Shown: piece by piece, positions 1 through 9,496 of the stretch
Numbering within the stretch: the stretch's first letter is position 1
How the letters are laid out: each line of letters opens with the position of its first letter
Assembly (NCBI GenBank): GCA_963662625.1
Contig: OY759726.1
Coordinates: forward strand, 1,728,001-1,792,000
Direction: 5' to 3'
Source of the DNA: Nitrosopumilus sp.
GTDB taxonomy: Archaea > Thermoproteota > Nitrososphaeria > Nitrososphaerales > Nitrosopumilaceae
DNA length: 64,000 bases
Made by a program: the position numbers and the translations under genes
The notes under the pieces: generated by a model
What the model saw: only the letters and a program-made list of their open reading frames with translations
Database searches by the model: none
Told to the model about the DNA's origin: nothing

Positions 1-507
1 GCCCTCTGGCTTTCCGCCTTCCGGCCCCTCTGCGGCCTCCGGCCCCTCTGCGGCCTCCGGCCCCTCTGCGGCCTCCGGCCCCTCTGCGGCCTCCGGCCCC
101 TTCTCTTCTTTTTCTGATCCTGCGCGCCCTCCGGGCGCCTGCTTGGCCTTTGCCGGCTTGTCTTTGCCGCCTTCAAGCTTGGACGCCCTCCACTTGTCGT
201 CTTGCAGGCTGGTAATCATGATGTTTGACGCGTGGATGAGCACGTCAAACTTCTCGCCCTTGCTCTTTTCCTTTTTTATGCCCTCTATCGCGACCATGCC
301 CACCGATGTCATGATTTTGCTTATCTTGCCGTCGAGCCCCTTGTACTCCCCCCTGATAATCACTATCGAGTCCCCCTCGATCACCCTCGCGCTTCTCTTG
401 CCGTACTTGCCGCGCAGGTCCTTTGAGAGCAGGCCCCTGAGCTGCTTGCTCTTGGTCTTCTGCGTGGCGCGGTAGATCATCTTGTTGCGCATCTTTGTCG
501 GCTTCAT
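1..507 (-). CDS. rpl24: 50S ribosomal protein L24 (uL24), runs off the window edge, with C-terminal (GPEAAE)n tail
   Basis: Own translation from ATG 507: MKPTKMRNKMIYRAT...LRGKYGKRSARVIEGDSIVIIRGEYKG...IHASNIMITSL; follows L14 in the operon. Confidence 0.93.
   Translation of the reverse strand, partial: MKPTKMRNKMIYRATQKTKSKQLRGLLSKDLRGKYGKRSARVIEGDSIVIIRGEYKGLDGKISKIMTSVGMVAIEGIKKEKSKGEKFDVLIHASNIMITSLQDDKWRASKLEGGKDKPAKAKQAPGGRAGSEKEEKGPEAAEGPEAAEGPEAAEGPEAAEGPEGGKPEG
21..100. repeat. 18-bp tandem repeat CCGGCCCCTCTGCGGCCT x4 plus partial copy, in frame in the L24 tail
   Basis: Units at 21, 39, 57, 75; encodes GPEAAE on the minus strand. Confidence 0.95.
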
Positions 508-508
508 C

Positions 509-931
509 TCATACCACCATCGATGCCAGGTTGGCCACCCTTGGCCATTTCTCCGAGGCCTCCGCGGCTACCGGCCCCTTGATGTCGGTCCCCTTGACCT
601 CGCCTTCGGGGGTGATCAGGACTGCCGCGTTGTCTTCAAAGCACACCCGGACGCCGTTCAGCCTGCGCACTGCGTATTTCTGCCTGATTATCACGGCGCC
701 GTATACCTGCTTTCTCAGCTCTGCGGGGCCCTTTTTTACGACCACGTTGCAAAAATCCCCCACGGCGGCGGCCGGGAGCCTGGAGACCCTCGTCTTGTGC
801 TTTTGCACGTTTATCACCTCCAGGATCTTCGCGCCGGTGTTGTCGGCGCAGGTGATCTCGGCCCCCACGGGGATCGATCTGGTCACGTACGGGCGGAACT
901 CGGCCACTCCCTTCCCTGCCTGCTTTGCCAT
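509..931 (-). CDS. rpl14: 50S ribosomal protein L14 (uL14)
   Basis: MAKQAGKG...CADNTGAK...FEDNAAV...GTDIKGPVAAEA; start trimmed to ATG 931. Confidence 0.97.
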   Translation of the reverse strand: MAKQAGKGVAEFRPYVTRSIPVGAEITCADNTGAKILEVINVQKHKTRVSRLPAAAVGDFCNVVVKKGPAELRKQVYGAVIIRQKYAVRRLNGVRVCFEDNAAVLITPEGEVKGTDIKGPVAAEASEKWPRVANLASMVV

Positions 932-1254
932 TACTTTCTTACCTCCACCACCACGTATGACACCGCCTTTGAGATGGGCCGGCACTCTGCCGTGCGGACG
1001 CGGTCGTCCACCTCGACGTTCATGCATTCGGGAACGTGCGCGTGTATGGTGTTCTTGCTCCTTGCGTACCTCTTGAACTTGTTAAAGTACACCGGCGCCT
1101 CCTTCTGCAGTGTTATCGTCTGCTTTGCCTTGTTGCTGGTCACCTTGCCGTCGAACAGCTTGCCCCGTATCGGCATCCTGCCGTGGAACGGGCAGTGGAC
1201 GTCACCGCACTCGCGCTCCGGCGCCTTTACGTTCAAACCGATGTTCACGGTCAT
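931..1254 (-). CDS. rps17: 30S ribosomal protein S17 (uS17)
   Basis: CGDVHCPFHG...KFKRYARSKNTIHAHVP...AECRPISK. Confidence 0.97.
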   Translation of the reverse strand: MTVNIGLNVKAPERECGDVHCPFHGRMPIRGKLFDGKVTSNKAKQTITLQKEAPVYFNKFKRYARSKNTIHAHVPECMNVEVDDRVRTAECRPISKAVSYVVVEVRK

Positions 1255-1517
1255 GCCTTGCCCCTGAGCCTGTCAAACGGCCTCTTTGCTATCTTGGCGC
1301 CGGGAACCGTGACGCGCTCCGATCCGGTGAAAAACTCCCACGTGCTGGTGTCCTTTGGCACCGATTTTGTCCCTTTGGCGGTATCTATCCTCAGCATTGA
1401 TTTTGTTTCGTCTATCACAGTCCCATTTAATCCTATGACATGCTGGTTGGTCGAGTCAACCACCCTGGCATGCAACCCGATCAGCTCGTGTAGTGCGATG
1501 TTTCCTGCCGTGATCAT
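1251..1517 (-). CDS. rnp1: Ribonuclease P protein component 1 (Rpp29/POP4)
   Basis: HELIGLHARVVDSTN...GLNGTVIDETKSML; canonical position between L29 and S17. Confidence 0.93.
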   Translation of the reverse strand: MITAGNIALHELIGLHARVVDSTNQHVIGLNGTVIDETKSMLRIDTAKGTKSVPKDTSTWEFFTGSERVTVPGAKIAKRPFDRLRGKA

Positions 1518-1717
1518 TCCTTCTTCATCTCGTTGAGCCTGGTCATCATCCTTGCGATGTCGCGCCTTATCGCCTTTATCTTCCCGCTCTCCTTCTTCAG
1601 CGTTCCCTGGGAGCCGTCCACCCTGAGCTTTGCGAGTTCAGTCCTGGTTTCCTGGATCCTTTCCCTGAGGTCCTTCTCGTTGAATGCCCTGATCGTCTTC
1701 ATGCTGATCCGGGTCAT
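1514..1717 (-). CDS. rpl29: 50S ribosomal protein L29 (uL29)
   Basis: ELAKLR...[19 protein letters not shown]. Confidence 0.95.
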   Translation of the reverse strand: MTRISMKTIRAFNEKDLRERIQETRTELAKLRVDGSQGTLKKESGKIKAIRRDIARMMTRLNEMKKE

Positions 1718-2753
1718 TGCTTTGACTCCTCCGCGCCTTCATGCGTCTCGTTTTTCTTCATCTTTTCCGCTTCCAGTGCGTTCTGCTCGGATTCCACCCC
1801 GGCAACGCGCTCGGCGTCTTCTTCATTACCTGAACCGCCATCGGACTTGGGCGCCTCCCCGCCATCGGACTTGGGCGCCTCCCCGCCATCGGACTTGGGC
1901 GCCTCCCCGCCATCGGACTTGGGCGCCTCCCCGCCATCGGACTTGGGCGCCTCCCCGCCATCGGACTTGGGCGCCTCCCCGCCATCGGACTTGGGCGCCT
2001 CCCCGCCATCGGACTTGGGCGCCTCCCCGCCATCGGACTTGGGCGCCTCCCCGCCATCGGACTTGGGCGCCTCCCCGCCATCGGACTTGGGCGCCTCCCC
2101 GCCATCGGACTTGGGCGCCTCCCCGCCCTCCTGTCCCTCCTTGGCGCCGGCCTTTTGCTTCTCCACCGCCTTTAGCTCGAATTCGGGCACGAACTTTTCC
2201 TTCTTGGCAATCCTTATCCTTATCCCGATCAGTCCCATCGGCGTCTGCACGTGCGCTATGTCCTCGTCGACGTCGTCTCGGCGTGGTGCCCCGCCCTCGG
2301 CAGGATCCCCGCGGTGTGCTTTTCAAACGCCGAGCGGTCGCCCCTGAGCTTCCCCGATATGGTGATCTGGACGCCCATCGCCCCGCTGTCCATGACCTGC
2401 TTCAGCGTCCACATGGTGGCCCTCCTGAACGCGGTCCCGCGCTCGATGTGGGACGCCATCCTGTTGCACATGACGCTCGGCGACAGCTCCGGCTTGCCGA
2501 CCTCGTTTACCATCACCTGGGGGTTCTTCAGCCCAAAGTCAGACGCGAGCTTGTCAGTCAGATCCCTTATGCCTGCCCCCTTCCTCCCGATCACTATCCC
2601 GGGCCTCGTGACGTACAGCGCCACCTTCGTCCCCATCGGGGTCTTTGATATCTCGGCGTGCGAGAACCCCGCGTCCTTGATGGCCTGCCCCAGGTAGTCC
2701 TTGAGCAGCATCATGTTGTAGTTGTCCCTGATGACGTTCTTGACCGACGACAT
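1714..2753 (-). CDS. rps3: 30S ribosomal protein S3 (uS3); apparent 1-nt frameshift near 2272; long repeat tail
   Basis: ORF 2256-2753 has the KH domain ([22 protein letters not shown]); the conserved continuation [21 protein letters not shown] is in the frame of ORF 1714-2250. Confidence 0.92.
1835..2122. repeat. Perfect 24-bp tandem repeat x12 encoding (GGEAPKSD)12 in the S3 tail
   Basis: Unit CCGCCATCGGACTTGGGCGCCTCC from 1835, no spacers. Confidence 0.97.
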
Positions 2754-2754
2754 G

Positions 2755-3222
2755 CTATACCTCCCGGGCCACCAGTTCCAGGTGCGTCCGCACGTTGTTC
2801 TTGGGCGACGACCTTCCCATCGCCCTCGGGATGAACCTCTTCACCAGGACTCCCTTGTGCACCGTCGCGTTCACTATCCTCAGCCTGTCGAGGTCCATGC
2901 CCTTGTACTCCGCGTTCGATTCCAGGTTGTCCAGGGCCTTGATGAACTCGGCCGCGGTCTTCTGCGGGTACCTCCCGGCCATCATGCCGGGATCCGACTT
3001 GTGGCCCACCTGCTTCTTGTACCTGCCAAACGCGATGGCCCTCTCCCCGTTGATCACGGCCTGGAGGTAGTCCCTGGCCTTCTCTATCGAGAGCCCCTTT
3101 ATCGCGACCGCCACCTCCCGCGCGTGCTTGTGCGACATGTCGATCTCCCTTATCGAGGCGCGGGCGTGCCTCGTCGGGTCGTAGTCCTGATAAGCGTAGC
3201 CGAACCTCCCCATATCGATCAC
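2755..3222 (-). CDS. rpl22: 50S ribosomal protein L22 (uL22)
   Basis: SHKHAREVA...GRYPQK...PRAMGRSSP. Confidence 0.97.
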   Translation of the reverse strand: MIDMGRFGYAYQDYDPTRHARASIREIDMSHKHAREVAVAIKGLSIEKARDYLQAVINGERAIAFGRYKKQVGHKSDPGMMAGRYPQKTAAEFIKALDNLESNAEYKGMDLDRLRIVNATVHKGVLVKRFIPRAMGRSSPKNNVRTHLELVAREV

Positions 3223-3614
3223 TTTAGCGGCACGTAGAGGCTGGATCTTGATGCTCCCACGCCGGGCGCGCCGTGCGAAACCCTCTTGTTTGTTATGACG
3301 TATTCCCCCAGGTAGTGCCCGATCATCTCGGCCCTGATCTCGACTGGGACGAACTCCTTGCCGGAGAAGACGTTTACGGTAACCCCCACCATGTACGGCA
3401 GGACGATGAGATCCCTGAGGTGGGTCTTGATCGGGTTCTTCAGCTTGCCAGCCTTGGCCGCCTTTATCTCCTCGATGAGCTTCCTCTTGCCGTCGGTGAT
3501 CCCGCGGGTCAGGGACCTCCGCTGCCTCGCGTTGAACAGCTCAAAGAGCCTTTCCAGCGAGATCTTCTCCAGATCCTCCATAGGGATCCCTCTGTACACG
3601 AATTCCCTAACCAA
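3219..3614 (-). CDS. rps19: 30S ribosomal protein S19 (uS19)
   Basis: IKTHLRDLIVLP...EMIGHYLGEY...HGAPGVGASRSS. Confidence 0.97.
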   Translation of the reverse strand: MVREFVYRGIPMEDLEKISLERLFELFNARQRRSLTRGITDGKRKLIEEIKAAKAGKLKNPIKTHLRDLIVLPYMVGVTVNVFSGKEFVPVEIRAEMIGHYLGEYVITNKRVSHGAPGVGASRSSLYVPLK

Positions 3615-3655
3615 TCCTGACCACCATTGCCTGTATTGGGGTTTTGCGGTCCATA

Positions 3656-3922
3656 TTATAGCATTCCTATCTTGGTCGCCAGGTCCCGCGCCTTTTCGTC
3701 CGTCTCAAACCGCACGAACGCCTTCTTGCCGTAGATCGTCCTCGCGGTGTTGACGCTGACCGCCTTCTGGTGGTAGAGCGTGTGTATCGCCTCGGCGATC
3801 TCCGGCTTGCTTGCGGACGTGTGCACGATGAAGCAGATCTTGTTCTCGTCCTCCACCATCGCGAACGTCTTCTCGGTGATGTGCGGTTTCAGGATTATCC
3901 TGTTTGCCTGGCCCACGTTCAC
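3656..3922 (-). CDS. rpl23: 50S ribosomal protein L23 (uL23)
   Basis: GTG 3922 overlaps the L4 stop; PHITEKTFAMVEDENK...KKAFVRF. Confidence 0.95.
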   Translation of the reverse strand: MNVGQANRIILKPHITEKTFAMVEDENKICFIVHTSASKPEIAEAIHTLYHQKAVSVNTARTIYGKKAFVRFETDEKARDLATKIGML

Positions 3923-4734
3923 TTTGTCTTCACCATTACCTCCAGGTGCGTGGACCTGATCTTGGCAATCTCGCCGATCGCCCCCCTCGAATACACCGTC
4001 AGCCGTATCGGATCGGATCCCGGCGCCAGGTCCAGCACGCTGAGGCTCCTTGCAGACGTGGCCTCGACCCCGGGGAACGACCCGCATGCCTTCCTCAGCT
4101 CCGCCGGGTCCCTAGCGACGAACAGGACGCTCTTTCCCACCTTCTTGCTCCTGCCCCTCAGGGACGACTTGCCCGTCCTGGGCTTCCGGGACTCCAGCCT
4201 CCTGACGTCGCCCGCCAGGCTGAGCGACTCCAGGATCCTTTCCATGTCGGAGGCCCTGGACACGGCCTCGATGTCGTCGGAGACCACCAGCGGGAACTCC
4301 GCTATCCCGCCGGTCCTGTGCCCCCTGGCCTCGACCAGGTCCCTCGACGCGGTGGCGGCTATGGCAGAGCACAGCGCCAGCTTGTTCTCCTTCTTGTTTA
4401 GCCTCTTGCGGATCACCTTGCCCACTATCGGCGGGTGGGCCTGCCTGCCGCCCCTCACGGATGCGACGCCGCCTGCCTGGCCCTGCCTTCCGCCCCCGCC
4501 GCCGCGCATCTTGGCGATGCGTGACCGGTGCTGGCCGGTGGGCGGGTCGTTTGACCTCGCCACCACGTCCATGCCGGCGGTCGGGTGCCTGCCCTGGGGC
4601 TGGAACCTGTGCGAGTTCAGGTTGGTGAACGCCTTGTGTATCAGGTCCCTCCTGAACGGCGTCGAGAACACGGGCGGCAGCTCGATCTCCCCATCCCGCT
4701 CCCCCGCGGTGGTGAGCGTCTGGACCTTCGTCAT
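3919..4734 (-). CDS. rpl4: 50S ribosomal protein L4 (uL4)
   Basis: LPPVFSTPFRRDLIHKA...RGGRQAHPP...LDLAPG; start at ATG 4734. Confidence 0.96.
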   Translation of the reverse strand: MTKVQTLTTAGERDGEIELPPVFSTPFRRDLIHKAFTNLNSHRFQPQGRHPTAGMDVVARSNDPPTGQHRSRIAKMRGGGGGRQGQAGGVASVRGGRQAHPPIVGKVIRKRLNKKENKLALCSAIAATASRDLVEARGHRTGGIAEFPLVVSDDIEAVSRASDMERILESLSLAGDVRRLESRKPRTGKSSLRGRSKKVGKSVLFVARDPAELRKACGSFPGVEATSARSLSVLDLAPGSDPIRLTVYSRGAIGEIAKIRSTHLEVMVKTK

Positions 4735-5723
4735 ACGACCACCTCCAGGATGTTGGGCTTCGATACCCTTGCCGGGACGTTCCTGACCTGGCTCCGCAGC
4801 TTGATGAGCCTCCTGTACGTGCCGGGCACCGAGCCCTTGAGGACCACAAAGTCTCCCTTGACCAGCCCGAAGTGCTTGTACCCGCCGTCGGGGTTTATCT
4901 TGATCTTGCCGTCCTCGGTGTTTCCGATTATCATGATCCGCTTGTCGTACTCTGTCCTCTGGTGGAACCCCATCTGCCCCGCCCTGGGGACCGTGTACAT
5001 GACGTACTGCGGGGATATCGGGCCCAGCGAGCCGAGCTCCCTCACCGTCTTTCTCGACTTGTGCTGCTTCTTCTTCGCGCCGTACCTCTTGATGACGCCC
5101 TGCCACCCCTTGCCCTTGGTGATGGCCGCGACGTCCACGCTAGCGCCGGTCTCGAATATCTGGTCGACCCTTATCTCCTTGCCGAGCAGGTCCCTGACGT
5201 GAGCGAACTGCTTCCGCACGTCCCCGCCGCTGACCATCGCCTCGAAGACGTACGGCTTCTTCTGCTCCAGCCCGGCCGCCCGCGGCGACACCGCTATGAT
5301 GGCGTAGACCTCCACGATCCTGGACAGCGAGGCCTCCGCTGCCTCCAGGGCGCCGTCCCTGTTCTTCAGCGTGATCTCCTTCGAGATGCTCTTCGGCACG
5401 TCGTCGGCATAGACGTCAAACTCCGCGTGCCTGCCGCCCTGGTTCTTGGAGTACCCCCTGACTCCCAGCACCAGCACCGGCGGGGTCGCGAGCACCGTTC
5501 CCAGGCTCACCAGCTGCTTTCCGGCGTTCGGGGTCTTGTCCCGGTCGTCTATGCTGACCACCTGGACGCACCCGGCCTTGAACCCGCAGTGCGCCAGTAT
5601 CCTAGGCTCGTCGCCGCCGGCTTCGGGCCATGCCCGGATCCTCGCCTCCATGCTCTTGGCGCGCCCCCTCGGCAGGTATGCCAGGCTCCCCCTCCGCGGC
5701 TGGCCGTGCTTTCTGTGTCCCAT
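4731..5723 (-). CDS. rpl3: 50S ribosomal protein L3 (uL3)
   Basis: PRRGSLAYLPRGRA...TKGKGWQGVIKR...RAGQMGFHQRTEY. Confidence 0.98.
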   Translation of the reverse strand: MGHRKHGQPRRGSLAYLPRGRAKSMEARIRAWPEAGGDEPRILAHCGFKAGCVQVVSIDDRDKTPNAGKQLVSLGTVLATPPVLVLGVRGYSKNQGGRHAEFDVYADDVPKSISKEITLKNRDGALEAAEASLSRIVEVYAIIAVSPRAAGLEQKKPYVFEAMVSGGDVRKQFAHVRDLLGKEIRVDQIFETGASVDVAAITKGKGWQGVIKRYGAKKKQHKSRKTVRELGSLGPISPQYVMYTVPRAGQMGFHQRTEYDKRIMIIGNTEDGKIKINPDGGYKHFGLVKGDFVVLKGSVPGTYRRLIKLRSQVRNVPARVSKPNILEVVV

Positions 5724-5817
5724 CGGTAGTTCGGAATCCCTGCACTCCGCCTAATAAACCATGTGAGATGTCGTTAACCGCCGTTTTTTTACAGGTTAAC
5801 CGATGCTTTCTCCTGGG

Positions 5818-5934
5818 TCACGGCGCCAGCGCCCTGGACGCGGCGTCCCAGATCGTGATGGCCCCGATCACCGCGCACGCGCCGCCCACCCCCATCGCCA
5901 GCAGCAGGAAGTTCCTCCTTTCGGGCATGCTCAT
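5818..5934 (-). CDS. Putative 38-aa single-helix membrane peptide (not in ORF track)
   Basis: MSMPERRNFLLLAMGVGGACAVIGAITIWDAASRALAP*; ATGA overlap with the upstream stop. Confidence 0.55.
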   Translation of the reverse strand: MSMPERRNFLLLAMGVGGACAVIGAITIWDAASRALAP

Positions 5935-6752
5935 GGTGTGCGGCGGCCCGTGCTATATGCATTGATGACCGACAGCGTTCCCAGCAGCGCCTCCTCCAGC
6001 CTGACGGTCTCCGTGGCCTGCCCCGGGAAGAAGTTCAGCGTCCTCGCGTTCTGGAGCTTCCTCATCCCGCTGCCGAGGATCTCGTGCACGCCCTTGTCGG
6101 GCGACCCGAACGCCGCCAGGACCGGCCCCCCCTGGGCGCACCTCTCGACGTCATCCCCGGTCACGTTCCTGCCCTTCCTTGACGTGAGGATCGCGCTCCC
6201 CTCCCACTCTGCCAGCAGCGAGTGCAGGCTTGCCCTCTCCCTGACGGAGTAGCCCCAGTACCTCCCCGCCTCGGACTTTGGGATCTCCTTGATCGAGAGC
6301 CCCGGGTAGCCCTCCCTGAACCTTACCGTGACGCGCCTTCCGACCTGCTCCCTGCCAAAGTACGGCATGAGCCGGTTGACGCCGACGTCGACGAAGCGCC
6401 TGCCCTTGACGCTGACCACTATCCCGTCCCTGGCGTCGCCCGCGGAGATCCTCTTCGGGTTGGCCGGGGTGACGTGGCTCGGGATCTTCAGCGGGTGTAG
6501 CACCCCGGCAAACTTCAGGTCGTTCATCCTCGGGAACAGCCTCTTCCGGAGGAACTGGGGCGTCTCCAGGTACCTCAGGACGGTGGCGAGGAGGCTCCCG
6601 TCCTCCCGGCTGCCGCCCTCCCTGTAAACGTAGATCGTCTCGACCATGAATATGGCGCAGGCCCTCGCCAGCACGGAGACCTTCCGGGTCTTGTCCATCT
6701 TCGTCGCCTCGTCGGAAAGCGACGAGTCCGGTATGGCCACCGACAGCCTCAA
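5931..6752 (-). CDS. SPOUT-family RNA methyltransferase (DUF171/C9orf114-like)
   Basis: LSVAIPDS...LARACAIF...YLETPQFLRK...NFFPGQATETVRLEEA; usual position upstream of rpl3. Confidence 0.9.
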   Translation of the reverse strand: MRLSVAIPDSSLSDEATKMDKTRKVSVLARACAIFMVETIYVYREGGSREDGSLLATVLRYLETPQFLRKRLFPRMNDLKFAGVLHPLKIPSHVTPANPKRISAGDARDGIVVSVKGRRFVDVGVNRLMPYFGREQVGRRVTVRFREGYPGLSIKEIPKSEAGRYWGYSVRERASLHSLLAEWEGSAILTSRKGRNVTGDDVERCAQGGPVLAAFGSPDKGVHEILGSGMRKLQNARTLNFFPGQATETVRLEEALLGTLSVINAYSTGRRTP

Positions 6753-6783
6753 CGCTCACGCGACCCGCCGGAACCGGAAGCGG

Positions 6784-7521
6784 TCATTTGCCGTCCTGGG
6801 GATACTTTTCCTTGGCGCTTCCCGCGTAGCCTGCGACCTGCCCAGTCGAGGCCGTCTCGTAGGAGCCCGTCTCCGTCCTGATCTGCGCCATCCTTATGTG
6901 GTCAGTGCCTTCCTTGTCCTCGCTGGCTATGTAGATCCCCGCCACCGCCATCGCGGCGGCGTCGTCAAGCGACATGTCGTCCCTGTAGTTCTTTTCCAGG
7001 AATTCCGTCACGCGGTCGGAGCCGGAGCCTATGGCGATCGCGTCGTAGGCGATGTACGTGCCGCTGGGATCGGTCAGGTACAGCTCCGGGGCGCCGTTCG
7101 TGACGCCGCCCAGGATCAGCGCGACCCCGAACGGCCTCACCCCGGCGTACTGCGTGTACTGCTGGCACTGGTCGGCCAGGTGCTTGGCGATGGTCTCCAC
7201 GTCGACTGGCTCGTCGTAGATCATCCTGTTGCTCTGCGAGAAGAACCTCGCGTTGTCCACCTGGCTTCTCGCGTCCGGGATGTACCCGGCAGCCGCCACG
7301 CCCACGTGGTCGTCCACCTGGAATATCTTCTGGACGTTGTCCGATATCTGCAGCTTCTTGAGCTTCTCCTCCACCGCGATTATCACGCCTTCCTTGCACT
7401 TCAGGCCTATGGTTATGGTGCCCCTCCTCACGGTCTCTATGGCGTACTCCACCTGGTACAGCCTGCCGTCAGGCGAGAATACGGTGATGGCCCTGTCGTA
7501 GCCCTGTTGTGCCGGAAGCAT
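6784..7521 (-). CDS. psmA: Proteasome subunit alpha
   Basis: GYDRAITVFSPDGRLYQVEYA signature. Confidence 0.98.
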   Translation of the reverse strand: MLPAQQGYDRAITVFSPDGRLYQVEYAIETVRRGTITIGLKCKEGVIIAVEEKLKKLQISDNVQKIFQVDDHVGVAAAGYIPDARSQVDNARFFSQSNRMIYDEPVDVETIAKHLADQCQQYTQYAGVRPFGVALILGGVTNGAPELYLTDPSGTYIAYDAIAIGSGSDRVTEFLEKNYRDDMSLDDAAAMAVAGIYIASEDKEGTDHIRMAQIRTETGSYETASTGQVAGYAGSAKEKYPQDGK

Positions 7522-7785
7522 ATGGGTCAGGTGCCTTAAAAGTTTAATATAAGCCTAAGGAACCGGGGCGCGGCGCGCCCCCCGGTGGCGCGGGTTGCCG
7601 GACGCATGCGTGGCTGGTACGGCCCGAACCCTGGCCGTTTCGGGACGCGCGCGGTTGCCGGGCGTGGCCCGCCATGACCGCAATGCCACGGAACGCCGGC
7701 CTGCCAGCGCTGCGCCCGCTTCCCGGCCGGCAGGGCGCGCCGCGGCCCCACGCCTTCCACATTACGCGTCCAAGCCGGCGCCGCC

Positions 7786-8886
7786 TTAAGGCGAGCTTGT
7801 GGACGCATAGATCAAAGAGTACCCACCGGGCCCTACGGAGTTTACCGCTATCACTCCGAACAGGTATTCCGAGCTTGAGTCCAGCCCCGGAACAGTCGCG
7901 TTTATGGCGCCGGCCGTAGCCACGCCGTCGTCGGCGATCGGGAACTCTATGATGGCGGGTCCGTGGTGGCGCTGGGTTATGCTGGCGGTCTTTGCGTATA
8001 GGATGGCGTAGCTGGTAACGGGGGAGCCGCCGTCGCTGGCGGGCGCGAACCACGCGAGCGTGACAGACGACGGCGTTGTGGCATAGTCGTACACCGCCAG
8101 CCCTTGCGGGGCCGTCGGGACGCCGACAGTCACGGAGGCGGTGTCCGAGTACGGGCCGGTCCCCGCGGAGTTTGCCGCCGCCACGCGGAAAACATACCCG
8201 GTGCCCGCGGACAGCCCCGTGACCGTCGCCGAGGTGTCCGGCGACTCCCCGTCGCCAAAGGCGGCCCACTGGCCGCCCGGCACCTCCCTGTACTGGACGG
8301 CGTAGTCGGTGATCGGAAGGCCGCCGTCGCTGGCGGGCGCACGCCACGCGAGCGTGGCAGACGACTGCGTCGTCGTATTGGAACGCACCTCCCACGGGAC
8401 TGATGGGACGGCGGGCAGAGTGGTCGCAGAAACGATGTTGGAATACGTGCCCGTCCCAAAAGGGTTTGCCGAGGCCACCCTGAACTGGTATTCGGTGGAA
8501 GCGTGCAGGCCGAGGGCAATTCCTGCGGGATGCCCAGGCGAGCTGGGAAACGCGCGCCACGCGCCATCCGGCATTTCCCTGTACTGGACTACGTAGCCGG
8601 TGATCGGCGAGCCGCCGTGGTCTGCGGGCACAACCCACCTAAGCGTGGCATAGGACGACGCGTTTGCGTTGACAGACACGAGTGTCGGGGCGGGCTGGAC
8701 GCCGGAAGAACTCTGCGGGGCGGCCGCGCCCGTCTCAGCGCTTGCCGGGCCACCCGCGCCACCGGCCGTTCCCTCCGGAGCCGGCGGGTTTTCTGCCAAC
8801 GCTGGAATCGCCGCCACGCTTGCAGACAGCGCGATCAGTAGCCCGAGGACCGGTTTTGCAACCACGGGGCATGTAGGGCACGTCAT
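7786..8886 (-). CDS. Secreted protein with three fibronectin type III domains
   Basis: Signal-like LGLLIALSASVAAIPALA, Pro/Ala/Gly linker, three repeats of W.aP.sdGG.PIT.Y.....Y...GL....Y.F.V.A.N..G.G.YS. Confidence 0.85.
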   Translation of the reverse strand: MTCPTCPVVAKPVLGLLIALSASVAAIPALAENPPAPEGTAGGAGGPASAETGAAAPQSSSGVQPAPTLVSVNANASSYATLRWVVPADHGGSPITGYVVQYREMPDGAWRAFPSSPGHPAGIALGLHASTEYQFRVASANPFGTGTYSNIVSATTLPAVPSVPWEVRSNTTTQSSATLAWRAPASDGGLPITDYAVQYREVPGGQWAAFGDGESPDTSATVTGLSAGTGYVFRVAAANSAGTGPYSDTASVTVGVPTAPQGLAVYDYATTPSSVTLAWFAPASDGGSPVTSYAILYAKTASITQRHHGPAIIEFPIADDGVATAGAINATVPGLDSSSEYLFGVIAVNSVGPGGYSLIYASTSSP

Positions 8887-9064
8887 GCTATTAAGCCTCG
8901 TTTTGCGGCCGCCGCCACGCGGGGAAGGGGCCCGCCCCGGCCCGAATGGGCCGACCCCCGGCGCGGTTACTTCCGGAGGCGGGCCCGCCGCGGCCGTCCC
9001 CGGCAGGACTGGAACCGGGGCACGGCAGGCAAGGTTAATTTGGGCCAGGCATTCCAGTCCCGGA

Positions 9065-9496
9065 ATGATGTTTGAGATCGAGTTTTCCGGCCACGAGAAC
9101 GTCCGGTCGAACCACCAGAGGACGATCGAGATCACGAAGGACCCGGACCTGACCCCGAGCGGGGACTGCATCGTGGGAGTCAACGCATCATCCGCATGCT
9201 CCGACCTGCCGGACCGGCTAAAGGAGATGCTGAGGAGCCCCGACTCGGCGGTATCGCTCACGTTCAGGGTGGGGCGGCACGAGTTTGTCGTGAACGGGAG
9301 GGGGCACGCGGACCTGCCCCTGTCCCACGAGGACGACATCGTGATCCGCAAGAGCGGCTTTGTCTGCCCCCGCACGCTCGCGGTACGGTGCGACAAGGCA
9401 TCGGACGTCCTTCCGCGGGAGATGGTCCGCCTGCTGCAGGATCCCGGCACGAGGGGGACCTTGGTAATCCGGGCCGGCTGCCAGCCTGCCGCGTGA
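9065..9496 (+). CDS. DUF371-family protein
   Basis: GHENVRSNHQRTIEITKDPDLTPSGDCIVGV...IVIRKS...RTLAVRCDKAS. Confidence 0.88.
   Translation: MMFEIEFSGHENVRSNHQRTIEITKDPDLTPSGDCIVGVNASSACSDLPDRLKEMLRSPDSAVSLTFRVGRHEFVVNGRGHADLPLSHEDDIVIRKSGFVCPRTLAVRCDKASDVLPREMVRLLQDPGTRGTLVIRAGCQPAA

Noticed and set aside
1835-2122. Possible CRISPR array (also 49279-49417, 50663-50860, 53026-53103)
   Set aside because: Units are contiguous with no unique spacers, lie in frame within genes, and no cas genes are present.
3615-3655. Missing rpl2 between L23 and S19
   Set aside because: As far as I recall, L2 is encoded elsewhere in this lineage; no remnant is visible and there is no sign of loss.
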